DNA of 42,815 nt, from positions 1 through 42,815 of the IMG/VR virus record IMGVR_UViG_2630968533_000007. One strand, 5' to 3'. The notes below the pieces were generated by a model. It was not told where the DNA came from. It worked only from the letters and a program-made list of their open reading frames with translations, and did no database searches. The DNA is from a virus. Its lineage: Duplodnaviria; Heunggongvirae; Uroviricota; Caudoviricetes. A program made the translations under genes and the position numbers. Shown here piece by piece: positions 9,481 through 19,183 of this stretch (its first letter is position 1; every line of letters begins with the position of its first letter).

Positions 9481-9895
9481 GCGTTATCGCACTCCACAGA
9501 TCATCAAAAGAAATCATTACCGGTCCGTCACGACGCCAGAGAGTGATACTGTTACCCAGTTCATTAATCCCGGTGCGGCGGATATCCAGATCAATACGGG
9601 ACACCACACCGTCATCAATCATCCATTGCAGGCATTCGCGGATATACCCCCTTACCGTCTGCACCAGCTGATTGGTCAGTTTGCCGCGCTGAAGCAGCCA
9701 CAGCCGGGAGCCGTAACGGTCATTCTGTACCGCAGGCCAGGTATCCCCCCACCATCCCATCGGGACGTCGGCATTGTCATCAGGCTCCGCCCGCCGCCAG
9801 GTGAACAGGGAAATCACCACGGCGCGGGTCAGCGGATCCAGCGGTGCGCTGGCGCAGGTGCGTTTACCGTTCACCGTCAGCCACAGTTCCATCAT
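9467..9895 (-). CDS. Baseplate protein (Mu gp46-like)
   Basis: 142 aa, overlapping-stop coupling with neighbours in the baseplate cluster. Confidence 0.55.
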   Translation of the reverse strand: MMELWLTVNGKRTCASAPLDPLTRAVVISLFTWRRAEPDDNADVPMGWWGDTWPAVQNDRYGSRLWLLQRGKLTNQLVQTVRGYIRECLQWMIDDGVVSRIDLDIRRTGINELGNSITLWRRDGPVMISFDDLWSAITHGGQ

Positions 9896-10440
9896 GCCTC
9901 CATCGCTTTATCCGGTTTGTCGGTGTTACTGCCCTGACCGTTCTCTCTGTGACGATGGCCGTTATAGGCAAGCCGCATCGCTGACATGGTGGTGCCGCCG
10001 GAGTCGCACAGGTCTTTCACCTGTCCGGTCACTTCCAGGTCCATTTCAAAACGTGCTCTGGGCGCATTGCGAAACGTGATCGTTTTACCTGCACCGTCCA
10101 CCACGATCCCCTCCCGGGTCAGCGTCACAGACTGCCCCTGATCGTCATAGACAGCCACCTCCCCCGTCTGCAGCCCTTTCATGCGGTAGCGCCGGTCCGA
10201 CACCGTAACAACCACCGCATGAGAACGGTCGCCATCCGGAAACAACACCACCGCTTCCGCACCGCTGTTTGCCCTTGCGGTAAAACCGTAGGGTTCAAGA
10301 TGTTCAACCCCGGCTTTGGGTTCACCGGCAATCAGGGACACATCCACGGTCTGACATTTCGTGGCGGCACTGATGCTTTTCACCACTGCCCGCCCAATCA
10401 GGCCGAGAAGTTGTCGCTGCATGGCTTCAATCGTCCTCAT
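9892..10440 (-). CDS. Baseplate assembly protein V / spike (Mu gp45-like)
   Basis: 182 aa, position in the cluster. Confidence 0.55.
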   Translation of the reverse strand: MRTIEAMQRQLLGLIGRAVVKSISAATKCQTVDVSLIAGEPKAGVEHLEPYGFTARANSGAEAVVLFPDGDRSHAVVVTVSDRRYRMKGLQTGEVAVYDDQGQSVTLTREGIVVDGAGKTITFRNAPRARFEMDLEVTGQVKDLCDSGGTTMSAMRLAYNGHRHRENGQGSNTDKPDKAMEA

Positions 10441-11519
10441 CAGAACGGGTCCTCCTGTACTCTGGCTTTTTTCTTTTTCCGCGCGCCGGGGTCTTCAGGT
10501 TCAGGCAGATAAGCATCAGGCGGGCCGACACGGATTTCCGTCAGGGTGCCGTTCTGGTCCTGAGTAAACGTGACTTCCGAAACAAGCAGTTCGGTATTGT
10601 CAAAACCACAGACCGGATCAAAGACAATCACCCGCTGGTTGGGTTGCCACAGCGTACCGTTACCCTGTCGCCAGCCCTGCACTACATAGGTGGTTTCATC
10701 CGTCCGCGCCGCCCGTTGCCGGGCTTCAAAGTCAGCACGCGCAATACAGCCTGCCCCCGTAGCCTGCCCTGTCTGCCTGATATACATCGGACGGTAACGG
10801 GCAATTAATGCGTCCTCTGTGCGGGCCCGCAGCGCGGTGGTGGTGGCCTCACCGAAATCATCGTCGTTTCCGGCACGCTGCCCCGCCACCTGGTAAACAG
10901 AAAACCGCTCCCGGATACTCTTCTCCGTATCGCAGGAAAGGATGTTTTCCCCAAGTACCAGCGCGGTATGTGCCCGCGTTGAGCCAATACCACCAATCAC
11001 CAGCCTGCCGTGCGGGTCGTCGTAAGCCAGCGCCTGCTGCTGACCGAGTATTTTGTTGATCACCTCAATCACCGTTTCACCGTGATCAGGCTGGACATCA
11101 GGAATAACACCCGACGGCGCACCGCTGTTCACCACCTCAATGCCGAAAGGCGCAGCAAGCGCCTGCGCAATCTGTACCAGCGATCGTCCGTTAAACTGTG
11201 TCGGTTCGGCTGCACAGTCAATCAGGTCAGCGGTAAGACTACGTCCGGCAATACCGGTGCTGACCGAACGGGCATCGTAACGAACGGGCGTCGCCTCCAC
11301 CCAGCCGGTGATCACCAGCTCATCACCAATCAGCACCTCCACTTTTGAACCGTTTTTAATGCGCGACTGAAGCGTGGTAATACCCTCATCTCCCGGCCAC
11401 TGGCGGGTGATCTCCACACTGAAATCCCGCGCCAGTCGTTCAACACCGGCACCGATGCGCACCGATGTCCAGCCATTCCACTCCCGGCCATTTACCCGTA
11501 GCGTGACGTTATCGTTCAT
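10440..11519 (-). CDS. Baseplate hub / tail protein (Mu gp44, P-like)
   Basis: 359 aa, between the DNA-circulation-like protein and the spike. Confidence 0.55.
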   Translation of the reverse strand: MNDNVTLRVNGREWNGWTSVRIGAGVERLARDFSVEITRQWPGDEGITTLQSRIKNGSKVEVLIGDELVITGWVEATPVRYDARSVSTGIAGRSLTADLIDCAAEPTQFNGRSLVQIAQALAAPFGIEVVNSGAPSGVIPDVQPDHGETVIEVINKILGQQQALAYDDPHGRLVIGGIGSTRAHTALVLGENILSCDTEKSIRERFSVYQVAGQRAGNDDDFGEATTTALRARTEDALIARYRPMYIRQTGQATGAGCIARADFEARQRAARTDETTYVVQGWRQGNGTLWQPNQRVIVFDPVCGFDNTELLVSEVTFTQDQNGTLTEIRVGPPDAYLPEPEDPGARKKKKARVQEDPF

Positions 11520-12886
11520 TGCACTGGCACCTTCAGAGGGATCACCGGCACAAAGCCGGGATGCGTAATGGCATTACGCCGGATAATGTCCGCGTCACGC
11601 GCCGCGTTATCAAACCAGGTCGCCGCCAGCACCAGCGCGGGTAAAACCTCATCCGGCGTGCGCTGAATGATCCGTGCAGACTGTTCAAGGCGCGTGTTGA
11701 TATCCGCATTCAGATCTGCTTTCACCCGGCGCAGCGCCAGAAACAGCGCATCACTGGTTGTTCGGGACAACTCCTTATCAATTGCCGTATTCAGTGTGTC
11801 GCGAATGTCAGTCAGTTCTTCCCACGTCGGCAGGTCAACCGTGCTTTTCACCGCCGGTGCATTGTTCAGTGCCGGATGCGTGACGGAAGGCCAGCCAGTG
11901 CTCTGCGCGGGTGTTGTTGCCTGCCCCACTGCGGCATTCTGCATCACCGCGGAAGTTGTTGGCGCAGGCAATCGGGTGACGGCATACGCCGCTTCGCTGA
12001 TTGCGGCCGTACGAAGGGTGCTGGCAACCACGTTACGCTGCTGCGTCGCCGTGGCGGTGGTTTTACTGTCCGTTTTCCAGACGCCGCGCGGTTGCAGATC
12101 GCTGCCGAGGCTGACACCGGAAAGCGTTTTGATCATGGTGACCAGGTCGCTGGCGTTACCATAAAGGCGTTTCCCGGTACGCCACATTTTCTGCACCTGC
12201 TCAACGAAATTTTTGCCTGACGATGGCGGCGGCAGAAGTACCGAGATATCCCCCTGCAACAGCCTGGCGGCATCCGATACGGCAGAATCCACCACTTTCA
12301 TCGCATCAGAAACATACCCAAGCATTGTGCTGGCATTACCGACGACGTCGTTCTGCACAAAATCTGCCACGCCATCGATACTGAAACCACTGAAGCTGTC
12401 ACTGATGCAGTCATCCAGTGCAGAACAGGATGACATCAGCGTCTGCGCCGTCGCCGCACCTGAAGTGGGGTAAGAGAGTTCTCCCGCTTCGACAAACTTC
12501 AGGTCAAAGCGGACAATACGCCCTTCACTCTTCGATGTGCTGACCCGAACTTCCCCGTCAACACAGACTTTCAGCTCACCGTAAGTCGGATGGACAAGCG
12601 TGCCGGGACCGGGTTTATTCAGCGCGTCAATCAGGCGATCGCGCTGGTCAAAGCAGTCATCTCCCACCACATAAGCTGTGATGGACGGGCGGAAAGTGAT
12701 TTTCCCCAGGTCTTCGGTATAGGGTTTGTCGCGGTTCGGGTATTCGTGCGTTTCCACACGACGACCGGTTCCCGCACTTTCTTCTTCAACCTTAAACGGC
12801 ACACCGCGAAATGACGCGTCCTGAAGTCTGTCTTTCCACGTCATATAAACTCCGTACATAAAAAATCCCACCGGAGTGGGACTCAT
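11516..12886 (-). CDS. Mu N-like DNA circulation protein (tail-associated)
   Basis: N-terminal WKDRLQDASFRGVPFKVEEE...HEYPNRDKPYTEDLG matches the DNA-circulation N-terminal signature. Confidence 0.6.
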   Translation of the reverse strand: MSPTPVGFFMYGVYMTWKDRLQDASFRGVPFKVEEESAGTGRRVETHEYPNRDKPYTEDLGKITFRPSITAYVVGDDCFDQRDRLIDALNKPGPGTLVHPTYGELKVCVDGEVRVSTSKSEGRIVRFDLKFVEAGELSYPTSGAATAQTLMSSCSALDDCISDSFSGFSIDGVADFVQNDVVGNASTMLGYVSDAMKVVDSAVSDAARLLQGDISVLLPPPSSGKNFVEQVQKMWRTGKRLYGNASDLVTMIKTLSGVSLGSDLQPRGVWKTDSKTTATATQQRNVVASTLRTAAISEAAYAVTRLPAPTTSAVMQNAAVGQATTPAQSTGWPSVTHPALNNAPAVKSTVDLPTWEELTDIRDTLNTAIDKELSRTTSDALFLALRRVKADLNADINTRLEQSARIIQRTPDEVLPALVLAATWFDNAARDADIIRRNAITHPGFVPVIPLKVPVQ

Positions 12887-12904
12887 TAACAGATTAATTT
12901 TTCA

Positions 12905-14740
12905 TTACCTGCCAAAGCGCGTATAGCCAACATCATGGCTGACATCAAAACCGCTGGATCGCGTTTCCATAACCCGCATACCCGGAGGCGAATTCACAAA
13001 AGAGACCTTGATCTCACCATCAACTTTTGGCGCAGAAGCTTTGTTAATCATGAAGGGATTCGGGCCTGTGGCATCGGAGGCGTTGTTTGACTGAGCCGGA
13101 TCTACCGCCTGATAAGGTGTGTATCCCCGTGCCGGTATTCCCGTCCCATAAGCATCATAAGCACCCGCGCCCCACTGCGCAGAGTTAATGACATCGACCG
13201 TGTCACCGGAACTGTCGGTAAACCACTCAATAATTGGCTTCAGCTTGTCCCACATATCCTGAAACCACTTAACAACCGGTCCCCAGTTATTGATTACCAT
13301 CCCCAGCGGCGACCAGGCAAAAACCTTCTTCAGAAGTTCCCAGCCAGCCTCAAAATAAGGACCAATGGTTTCCCAGAGCTTCTTGAAATAAGGTCCGACA
13401 ACATCCCAGTTAGTGATAATTAATCCCGCAGCCAGGGCTATCGCCGTCGCAATCATTCCAATCGGCGTCATCGACATGATCCTGCTGACAATACTGATGG
13501 CACCGCCAACGCCCATCAATCCCAGTTTCAGAATCGCAAGACCGGCAGCAAGCCCGACGACGCCGCGAATAACCCGGGGATTTTCATCCGCAAACTTCGT
13601 GAATTTTTCCCCTAACTCTCCCAGCCATTGCGTGATATTTTTGGCGTCACCAGAAAATGCGCCGCCAATAGCCGCAAGGCCGTTAGTTGCGGTCCCCGTC
13701 ATTGCCTCCCACAGGTTGGACAGCGTACCAAGCTGGGCCTGAACACGTTTATTCAGGCTGGCCTGTTTATTCATCTTCTGCTGGATCTGATCGTAACCAT
13801 CCTTTCCTTTATCGATCAGAGCATTGACCACCTGAAGGGTTTCAGCATCATCACCAAATATTGCCTTAAGTACACCTGTTCGCTTAACGTCGGTCAGTTT
13901 TCGCAGCTTTGCCAGTTGCCTGAACATGTTATCAAGACCGCCAAAACTTCCTTTGCCGTCAGTAAAATCGAGCTGTACCCCGAGTTTCTGGCGGGCCATA
14001 ACTTTATTAACGTCCCTGATTTTCTTAACGCTTAATCCGGACTGGATAACTTTTCGCAGGGCATTACCTGCCGACTCCCCGTTCATCCCCATCTGATCCA
14101 TCATGACGCTGATGGGGGCAAGGCTCTGTGCAGCCTGAAGACCGTCCTTGTTCACCATCTTCAGAACAGAACTGGTTTTAGTGAAGAAGGACAACATGTT
14201 GGTATCGTCAACGCCCAGATAAAACGCCTTCTGGATAGTGTCGAACAGCCCCATCATGTCTTCTGACGCCGTTCCGGTAGCATCCTGCATCTTTGCAGCA
14301 AACTCAGCAGCCGCTTCCGGTGTTTTTTTCAGTTGTACCGCAAGATAAGCTGTCGCTTTACCCACACCACCCAGAATGTTTTCTGCCGGGATCCCCTGAC
14401 GCACCAGCATCTGCATCATGTTCTGGAAATCAGCCGTTGTACCGGGTAGCTGGTTACCCAGGCCAATAGCTAGTTTATTGATGTCCTGAAAGCTCTTTCC
14501 AACCTCGCCGTTCGCATCCATCATGGCGACTTTCAGCCCGGTGGCGGCGTTTTCCTGATCGGCATAAGATTTCAGGGAAAGCGTCAGACCCGCTGCCAGT
14601 CCGCCACCAAGCGCCAGCCCACCCTGTGACGCTTCTTCCGCCTGGCGTTTAAATCCCCGGATTTTCTTTTGCATTTTCGACAGCGCGGGAGAAAGCCTGT
14701 CGACACCGGTGATCAACGCCTTAAGCTCAAATTCAGCCAT
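12905..14740 (-). CDS. Tail tape-measure protein
   Basis: 611 aa, Ala/Gly/Leu-rich with hydrophobic segments, between the chaperone and baseplate genes. Confidence 0.85.
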   Translation of the reverse strand: MAEFELKALITGVDRLSPALSKMQKKIRGFKRQAEEASQGGLALGGGLAAGLTLSLKSYADQENAATGLKVAMMDANGEVGKSFQDINKLAIGLGNQLPGTTADFQNMMQMLVRQGIPAENILGGVGKATAYLAVQLKKTPEAAAEFAAKMQDATGTASEDMMGLFDTIQKAFYLGVDDTNMLSFFTKTSSVLKMVNKDGLQAAQSLAPISVMMDQMGMNGESAGNALRKVIQSGLSVKKIRDVNKVMARQKLGVQLDFTDGKGSFGGLDNMFRQLAKLRKLTDVKRTGVLKAIFGDDAETLQVVNALIDKGKDGYDQIQQKMNKQASLNKRVQAQLGTLSNLWEAMTGTATNGLAAIGGAFSGDAKNITQWLGELGEKFTKFADENPRVIRGVVGLAAGLAILKLGLMGVGGAISIVSRIMSMTPIGMIATAIALAAGLIITNWDVVGPYFKKLWETIGPYFEAGWELLKKVFAWSPLGMVINNWGPVVKWFQDMWDKLKPIIEWFTDSSGDTVDVINSAQWGAGAYDAYGTGIPARGYTPYQAVDPAQSNNASDATGPNPFMINKASAPKVDGEIKVSFVNSPPGMRVMETRSSGFDVSHDVGYTRFGR

Positions 14741-15151
14741 GTGTGCGTTTCTCCTGCTCTATCCTGTTTGCCTGACTGACCAGTAAGGGAATTTCACTGA
14801 TCGGCATATTCAGCAATTCGAAAGGATTAATGCGCCAGTAGCTGGCGCAGTCAAAGAAGCGATCAGTGAGGTATTCAGCCGTCAGGCCTGGAGGAAAAAA
14901 CCAGCCACAAGCCACGCCGCTGCATTCAGGTCTGCCGGAGACATCTGGTCGACAGAGCTTTGCGGCACTTTCGCCAGCCGCACAATGTATTTCGACACCA
15001 CATGCGCCAGAAGTCTGACTGACTCATCCTGATTCATCTGGTAGGGATACCCCAGCTCGCGGACATCCTTCCCGGTGGGCTCATCAAACTCCAGTACGGA
15101 GAGTGTCTCGCCATGAGCAGTAATCGGTTTCTTTAACTCAAGCTCAATCAC
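14733..15151 (-). CDS. Tail assembly chaperone pair with putative programmed -1 frameshift
   Basis: ORFs 14882-15151 and 14733-14915 overlap in the -1 frame across a U UUU UUC slippery heptamer (14893-14899), between the tail tube and tape-measure genes. Confidence 0.6.
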
Positions 15152-15504
15152 TGGTAATCCCCTTCTTCACCGTGGAACTCAAGATCAACCGTGCCTTCTT
15201 CGGCATTATGGTTCGCTTCGCCGTGCAGCCAGGCAGACGACAGTACATAGACCTGACCGTTCGCCAGCTCGGCAGTGATGGTCATCTCATCAGACGAGGT
15301 GATTTTGTTCACCGGAAAATTCTTCGGCACCTTGAAGGTCCCTTTGACATAAGGCGCACGGTGAGTTTCCTTGCGGTCCACTGAACCGTCCAGGCCGATG
15401 ATGTCATCATTGACCGTCCTGTTCATGGGCACCTCAATGCCGCCGGTCAGCGATAGCTGCTGACCGTCAATTTTGAAATAACAGGTTCCCCCGATACGGG
15501 CCAT
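15148..15504 (-). CDS. Contractile-tail tube protein
   Basis: 118 aa, immediately after the sheath gene. Confidence 0.7.
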   Translation of the reverse strand: MARIGGTCYFKIDGQQLSLTGGIEVPMNRTVNDDIIGLDGSVDRKETHRAPYVKGTFKVPKNFPVNKITSSDEMTITAELANGQVYVLSSAWLHGEANHNAEEGTVDLEFHGEEGDYQ

Positions 15505-17000
15505 TATGCGGACTCCTCTGAATACTGAAGACGGAACTGGTTAACCACGGCAAAGACACGCAACTGGTTAACATAGTCAGGCGGGAACAGCGTGTTCAGG
15601 CGGTTCGGATCGCTGGCATCACGCTCCACAACCAGGTACTGCTTAAACAGTTCGTAGTTTTCCACGATCCCCGCACGCTCAAGCTGACGGTAGGTTGCCA
15701 GCAGTTCCCCTTTGATCACCGCCGGGGTGACAATCGCCTGACCGGGACCAAAGCGGGTGCCGTCGCTGGCAAGCTTGTGACGCCCGTACTTACTGGTAAT
15801 GACGGATTTCAGTTTGCGCAGTACATACGCACTGGTATGCAGCGTCTCGCTGTCGAGGTAGCTGTTATCCGCAACCCCGTAAGCATTTTTCCTGTACGTG
15901 GTGACATCACGCTGAATGCGCAGCACCCCGCTTTCGACATACGCCGTTGCCACGCCATGAGACAGCAGGGTCTGTTGCTCGGTCATCGTGAACCGTTTCC
16001 CCTTCGGCGCAGGCAGCATACCCACCAGCTCACCGGTCTGCGTGGGACGTGCCGGATCGTTGCGGATAAACACCGCTGCGCGGGCGGTACGGCTTGCCGC
16101 CAGTTCGTCGGCAGGCGTCTGGGTCTCTTTTTCGTACCCCGCCAGGGTAATGTGCTGCTGGTTAAACTGGTCACCTGCGGTCACCAGTTCTGACAGCGTG
16201 CCGATCTTTGCCGTATACACATGACCATACAGCTGACGCGCATAGCTCCAGCGACCGCTGGTATCGTTCATCTCGGTCACCAGCGTGTTAACGGAGGCCG
16301 TGTCGTTGAACGGCAGGCCGATATAATCAAACGGCTCATCCGCCATTGCAGCCACCGCGCCGGTGAGAACCGGAGCGCCCGCTCCGGCGGTACCCGTCGC
16401 CACGGCAATCTGTACGCCCGCTGGCAGCACTTCGCCCCCACCAAAGCCGTAGTAATTGAGGCTGACAGGAATTTCATTCCCGCAAAGCCCCTTATGACGC
16501 GCGGTCAGTGTGACCACGCCTGCCGAAGATGAGGCCGTAAACGGCAGGGCCGGAACGGCATTGATGGCATCCTGGATACTGCTGGCAATCGTCGTGACGT
16601 TATCGCCGTTGGTCACCGGTGCCTGCACGCGGGTACGTCCCACATACACATTCACCGTGCCGGTTTCGGTTGCTGCTCCGGTCACCGTCAGCGTAACCGT
16701 TGCCGCCGCGCCTGTGGCTTCCGGAACGGCAATCACATACAGCTCGCCAAACGGGTCGGTCTGGCGATAAGCCTCGACCATACGCGCCAGCTGACTTCCC
16801 GCACCACAAATCTGGCGTGCATAGTCTGCCGACGGCATCAGCACCAGACTGTTGGCAACAATCTCTGCACCGTTATTGGCGTGACCAATCAGCAACGATG
16901 CCCCGCTGTCCTGTGCAGTATTCGCCGCCGAGTTATCCATTTCCGCATAAAACAGCGGAACCAGCGTATTCGACGGAATGGTGTTAAAGCTTATCGTCAT
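15504..17000 (-). CDS. Contractile-tail sheath protein
   Basis: 498 aa, sheath-like composition and position. Confidence 0.85.
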   Translation of the reverse strand: MTISFNTIPSNTLVPLFYAEMDNSAANTAQDSGASLLIGHANNGAEIVANSLVLMPSADYARQICGAGSQLARMVEAYRQTDPFGELYVIAVPEATGAAATVTLTVTGAATETGTVNVYVGRTRVQAPVTNGDNVTTIASSIQDAINAVPALPFTASSSAGVVTLTARHKGLCGNEIPVSLNYYGFGGGEVLPAGVQIAVATGTAGAGAPVLTGAVAAMADEPFDYIGLPFNDTASVNTLVTEMNDTSGRWSYARQLYGHVYTAKIGTLSELVTAGDQFNQQHITLAGYEKETQTPADELAASRTARAAVFIRNDPARPTQTGELVGMLPAPKGKRFTMTEQQTLLSHGVATAYVESGVLRIQRDVTTYRKNAYGVADNSYLDSETLHTSAYVLRKLKSVITSKYGRHKLASDGTRFGPGQAIVTPAVIKGELLATYRQLERAGIVENYELFKQYLVVERDASDPNRLNTLFPPDYVNQLRVFAVVNQFRLQYSEESA

Positions 17001-17154
17001 CGGTGTTCACCTTTTTATTCACGCGCCGGATATCACCCGCTGCTTCACGGCGCAGCCAGTAGTTGTTCTCGTCAACATTTCGCCCTTCGGCGGGCAAAAG
17101 GTCACCGCGGGCAGGGTCAGGCACTGACCGCCCTTTAACAGGTTTCACAAACAT
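16984..17154 (-). CDS. Small conserved-position ORF upstream of the sheath gene (56 aa)
   Basis: ATG at 17154, ends overlapping the sheath start; below the ORF-track cutoff, translated by hand. Confidence 0.25.
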   Translation of the reverse strand: MFVKPVKGRSVPDPARGDLLPAEGRNVDENNYWLRREAAGDIRRVNKKVNTDDDKL

Positions 17155-17162
17155 GAAGATTC

Positions 17163-17723
17163 TCAGGAAGGAAGGGTTATTTCGGTGTGATGTTCGATAT
17201 CGCCGTCAGGCCCGTTACCGGGATCGAGATAATCAACATCAATCGCCAGCGTTCGCAGTTCATCCAGACTGTTCAGCTCATCCTGCTGGCGGGTATCGTC
17301 TTCGGTCAGCTCGCTGATGACCGAAAAATCGAACTGATAAATCAGCTCATGACGATTCAGATCCAGCAGCGTGCCGCCGTCATAGGTAATCGGGTTACCG
17401 CACGCTTCCGGGTTCCAGCCCAGCAGGGCCTTAAAGAGCATCTGCCGGACATCGTCCACCACATCATACGAGGCAAACTGACCGCGCTCATCACGCCCGT
17501 TACTCAGTATGACAACCACGGAGAAGCCCTCTTTCAGCTCCTGCCAGTAGTCGGTCTGGCTTTTGTTTTCTCCCGGAGAGTCATCACCCGGTACCACATA
17601 CGCCGCCGGGAGTCTCAGCTTTCCGACCTCCGGCAGATTTTTGAACTGTGCCGCGCCTGCCACCCGGTTTTCAAAATACGGGCAGCGGGCACGCAGCGCA
17701 GCAATAACAGGCGTCAGTTTCAT
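17163..17723 (-). CDS. Tail completion / neck protein (putative)
   Basis: 186 aa, between head-tail joining genes and the sheath. Confidence 0.45.
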   Translation of the reverse strand: MKLTPVIAALRARCPYFENRVAGAAQFKNLPEVGKLRLPAAYVVPGDDSPGENKSQTDYWQELKEGFSVVVILSNGRDERGQFASYDVVDDVRQMLFKALLGWNPEACGNPITYDGGTLLDLNRHELIYQFDFSVISELTEDDTRQQDELNSLDELRTLAIDVDYLDPGNGPDGDIEHHTEITLPS

Positions 17724-18226
17724 CTGTGTCGTCGCTCCGGCTTCAGTGATTTACGCAATTCCCGCGCCAGAAAATAGCGTGTCCAGCTGCGGTTCTTTTC
17801 AAGAGTTTCCACCATAAAGTTATTACGTGGAGCCAGTCGCCAGCCGCTGCCACCGGATGCACCACGATGATGGCTGCGACGACGCTTTGCCCCTCGCCTC
17901 ACGCCATAGAACAGAAAAGCCGGATAAAAATCACCGGTGATACGGCGGTTTCCCTCTCCATTACGCTGGTTAGGGGCTATACGTGCCATAAAACCAGGGC
18001 GATGTTTACTGGCTCTGGGTACCATGTAACCAATCGAACGAGCCAGGCGTCCGGTCTGATAACCGGGGTTTTCACCCGGTGCCGACCGCGCACGGCGCAT
18101 CACCAGCCGACGGGCATCACGCATATGACGCTGACCAATCGTGACAAACGCCCGCCTGACACGGGCGCGGTTAAAGCGCATCTCCGCGGGCTGCTGAAAA
18201 TCAACGTGCAAAAAGGAAGTCGTCAT
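17720..18226 (-). CDS. Neck protein (HK97 gp10-like, putative)
   Basis: 168 aa, basic; position after the head-closure gene. Confidence 0.45.
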   Translation of the reverse strand: MTTSFLHVDFQQPAEMRFNRARVRRAFVTIGQRHMRDARRLVMRRARSAPGENPGYQTGRLARSIGYMVPRASKHRPGFMARIAPNQRNGEGNRRITGDFYPAFLFYGVRRGAKRRRSHHRGASGGSGWRLAPRNNFMVETLEKNRSWTRYFLARELRKSLKPERRHR

Positions 18227-18611
18227 TGTTGCCTCCGTGACTCTGCCTACATTCGCCCAGCTCCGTACACTCCAGCAGCAGAAAGCGCCGCGCCCCGTTC
18301 AGATCGCGCTGACGTTTCACCCGGTACACACTGTCACCGCAGACCACCTCATAATCAGCGGTGATCCCCCGGCGGTAACGAATGGTGATGTAATGGGTGA
18401 TGGCGTCCCCGGTCTGCGCGGTTTCCTGCCAGGTGGTGGCACTGGTCTGGATAACCTTCGCCCATGTCCGGAACGTAACCGGGTATTGAGGCTCCACGCC
18501 AAAGTTATCCGCGGGCATATCCACCCGCTGGCGAATCAGGACGCGTTTATTCAGTTCGCCGGGGTCCGGCAGAATGTAGGTTGCGCTGGTCTGCGCCTGA
18601 CGAATTTTCAT
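18201..18611 (-). CDS. Head-tail adaptor / head closure protein
   Basis: 136 aa, gene order. Confidence 0.55.
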   Translation of the reverse strand: MKIRQAQTSATYILPDPGELNKRVLIRQRVDMPADNFGVEPQYPVTFRTWAKVIQTSATTWQETAQTGDAITHYITIRYRRGITADYEVVCGDSVYRVKRQRDLNGARRFLLLECTELGECRQSHGGNNDDFLFAR

Positions 18612-18931
18612 TGCGGAAAGTACCTGTACGGGCCGACAAGCCAGCCAAAACTCTGCGGCATGTCGAGTTTCTCCACTTCCGTAACCGACGAGCGGTTTTC
18701 GTAAAAATGGCTGATAAGCATCAGCATCCCCAGACGAATATCATCCGGCAGTTGCAGCCCGTCCGGATCGCTGTCCGGAATGGTTTCATCCGGAGCATAG
18801 AGCTTCCGGTTCAGATACGTTTCCGTCCGCTTTTGCGCCGCACAGGCCAGCAGTTGCAGATGGCGGTCATCAGCATCGAAATCCTCATCCAGCCGGAGTT
18901 GGGCTTTAATCTCTTCCATTGTCAGAAGCAT
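18608..18931 (-). CDS. Head-tail connector protein (gp6-like)
   Basis: 107 aa, acidic; follows the capsid region. Confidence 0.55.
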   Translation of the reverse strand: MLLTMEEIKAQLRLDEDFDADDRHLQLLACAAQKRTETYLNRKLYAPDETIPDSDPDGLQLPDDIRLGMLMLISHFYENRSSVTEVEKLDMPQSFGWLVGPYRYFPQ

Positions 18932-18933
18932 AC

Positions 18934-19134
18934 TCAGCCCTCTTTACTGGTCGTGGCTTTTTTCTCTTTTGTCGCTTTACTGCTTTTTGCACTGGTTCCG
19001 CGCTCTGCTAACCCGGCCTGAAGTGCAATCTCCTGCACCCGGGCAGGAAGCGTCCCGTCGTCATACTCACCGGCCCGAATGACCTCAACACGCATACCGT
19101 CCGGTGACCATTTCAGATCTTGTTTCAGGATCAT
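18934..19134 (-). CDS. Small hypothetical head-associated protein
   Basis: 66 aa with a Lys/Ser/Thr-rich tail; coupled to the downstream gene. Confidence 0.35.
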   Translation of the reverse strand: MILKQDLKWSPDGMRVEVIRAGEYDDGTLPARVQEIALQAGLAERGTSAKSSKATKEKKATTSKEG

Positions 19135-19183
19135 GATTCTTCACCCGTCAGAACAGGGGGCGCGGTTCCACGCCCCTGAGTGA

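Noticed and set aside
15777-17138. Several plus-strand ORFs (up to 138 aa) opposite the tail sheath gene
   Set aside because: All lie within the 498-aa sheath gene on the other strand and are Arg/Pro/Cys-rich, as expected for antisense frames of GC-rich coding DNA.
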